Assembly (NCBI GenBank): GCA_047495785.1 | Contig: JBLDXI010000015.1 | Span: 2,914,001 to 2,978,000, forward strand | Direction: 5' to 3' | Length of the DNA stretch: 64,000 nt | Origin: Lepidodermella squamata | Lineage: Eukaryota; Animalia; Gastrotricha | The notes under the pieces: model-generated | What the model was told of the DNA's origin: nothing | The model's database searches: none | The model's input: only the letters and a program-made list of their open reading frames with translations | In this document: piece after piece, positions 61,918 through 64,000 of the stretch | Position numbering within the stretch: position 1 is the stretch's first letter | How the letters are laid out: every line of letters begins with the position of its first letter | Translations under genes and position numbers: made by a program

Positions 61918-64000
61918 TCAGCATAGGAAAGCCGCAATTAAAGACAAGGCTAGGATGAGGCTGGATGCTAAAGTTGAAGCGGCACCGCAAGTTTTCTTTG
62001 TCGACGCAGCTGTAGTCGGCGGAAGAGTAGTGGCGGCAGTTGTTGTAGTGGTGACTGGATCGACAAATTCAGTTTGATCAGCAGCTGTAATTATATGAAA
62101 AATAGTCATCATATCTCAAACATTAGTTATAAGTAAACTCACTGCAAACTGGCATTGAAACTCCAGAGCAGCTTTCAAACCCAGTGCTTGTGATTACACA
62201 GCCTATGAATATACGATTTTTAGTGGGAATGTGTAACGCAAGTTACAGGAAGTTACTATTCGGAATATCAGCAACACTTCGGGTCGTTTCACAGGTCGCA
62301 TAAACGTTCAACAAGAAACCATTCCGCCGCCCAGCTCCGCCTCTTTCAGCCTTCGTTGTGCTGGAGAATCTGACCACAACTTCGCCATTGTCCACTTTAA
62401 CAACACGTCCTCGGTTCTCACCGCATGCGCAGAAGCTATAACATAATCAAGGCCATGAAACATCTTCACAAAAATCGAGAGCCGCTTACAATCGTCCAGG
62501 AGATGCGATGCCGCTCATGTTGGTTTTAATCTCAACATAATCGTAGCATGTATCGGCTGAACTGCAGGGCATGTCTGGCTTGTCCTGGAAGGCGAAGGCT
62601 AGACCGTTTGCGTTAGTCTGTGAGCACACAAAATAATGAACATCGCTCTTTATCACCTAAAATCAAACCTTTATACGCCAAGTACAATGATTCTCCTCCC
62701 CATAAGCCTGAGGGTAGGTCGGAAGACTGATTGTCCTAATCGTGCACGGATCCATCCAAACTCGACCACCACATGATGTCATGCCGGAGCCTTGGCCCTG
62801 AGGTATGCCACCACAATCAACGCCAGAGGTTCCAGGGGGGCATCTGCAAATCTTGCAGTTTTTCGGGTCTTGGTAGCCTCCGTTCAAACACGGCCGTTCT
62901 AACTGCTCAGGCTTACACATTTTCTCAATACATTTATAAGCAAAGTTGACGCGTTTCAAGTCGTTGAATTGGAGACGTGCGCGTTGTCCGATTGCAGTCA
63001 AATGGTGGATGTCCACAGGCATCATTACTCGCTTTTTCAAGGTTGTGTTGATGCTGAAGCCGAGGGAGTCGTAGTGCATTAGGGAGGATACGTCATAACC
63101 AGTGTTGGCATAGTCTTCATCTTCCTCGGGAGGATTCATCGCGAAGTTGTGCTCCTTTCCTTCAAGAATGTTCTCCCAAATAATCTTTACACTGAGAAAA
63201 CACAAGTCAGCTAAATTAGAAGCAAATTGAGGTTTTCTCACTAGTCATCACGATCAGGTCGGCTGAACTCATGCCAACTGTTCAAAAAATACGATTTAAT
63301 ATAGTATTAGTGAAGTTGCTATGTACTTACAGTCCAAGAGCATGGCCTATTTCATGGGCAATAGTACCGGGCTGAAATCGAACGTGTTTAGCAAGGTTAG
63401 ATGCGGCTAAGTTCAAATTACATGAATGCATCCAGTGGCTAAAGAGAGATCTTGGCCGTCTGGCTTGATGATGCCGATATAGGACCAACACCTAATGATA
63501 GTCACCGAATGAAACTGTCAAACTGTCAACTGTCTTCAAATTCAAATTCCTTACCCTGAACCTCGGAAAATTTTAATATGAGGAGTAGCTCCAATCGCTG
63601 CTGAATTCGGATATTCCTCAAAGCTAACGCAAGAATTGTTCGACCACATTTCCATGGCTTCTCTCACAACGACTTTCTCTTCTTCGGCTAGGTAAAAGAA
63701 AAACACAATTCAATGCATGTGATTTTCGAGTCTTCACTACGAACTGTGATCCGCTGGTTCGAATGTGTACTTCATCGGAAACTTCCAATAGTTGTCGGTA
63801 ACGTTGGGGTAGATTCGATCCCTGAAGAAATTAATGAAGCAACTTCCACTAAAAACGCCTTTCAAAGCTCATACTTGACAGGGTATCCCCAGCGCCTCTT
63901 CATTCCGTTCAAAACCCGCATGGCTTGTTCAGGCGTGTATCGGATATCATCTAAAAGATCAGCTTTTTCGAGATCTTCAGCTGATGCTTCTGGGCGGTTC
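61918..64000 (-). CDS. Astacin (M12A) metalloprotease with EGF and CUB domains and a hydrophobic C-terminus; 5' end outside the window
   Basis: Spliced HEIGHALGLWHEFSRPDRDD, Met-turn SLMHY, EGF CLNGGYQDPKNCKICRCP, CUB CGG...CTWRIK, then a Thr-rich stalk and a hydrophobic tail. Confidence 0.92.

Overview
Eukaryotic, invertebrate genomic DNA with short GT-AG introns and TTTCAG-type acceptors. It looks nematode-like, but the species cannot be determined. Left half (1-30 kb): a tandem array of four minus-strand, multi-exon papain-like (C1A) genes that lack the usual inhibitory prodomain. The two complete copies carry novel Cys-rich C-terminal domains. One copy is an intact but catalytically dead paralogue and one is truncated. 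Each unit appears co-duplicated head-to-head with a DxD glycosyltransferase-like gene (one intact copy, two pseudogenes). The array is heavily invaded by mobile elements: a Penelope fragment split by a full-length Gypsy LTR element that itself holds two MITEs, LINE fragments, several MITEs, and a 1.3-kb inverted-repeat element packed with intact and degenerate tRNA genes. Right half: an internally duplicated gene of unknown function, a His-rich secreted peptide, a Cys-loop ion channel subunit, seven tandem orphan rhodopsin-like GPCR genes, a Cys-rich EB-module-like protein and an astacin-EGF-CUB metalloprotease that runs off the window end. Exon structures were read by eye, so boundaries may be off by a few bases.
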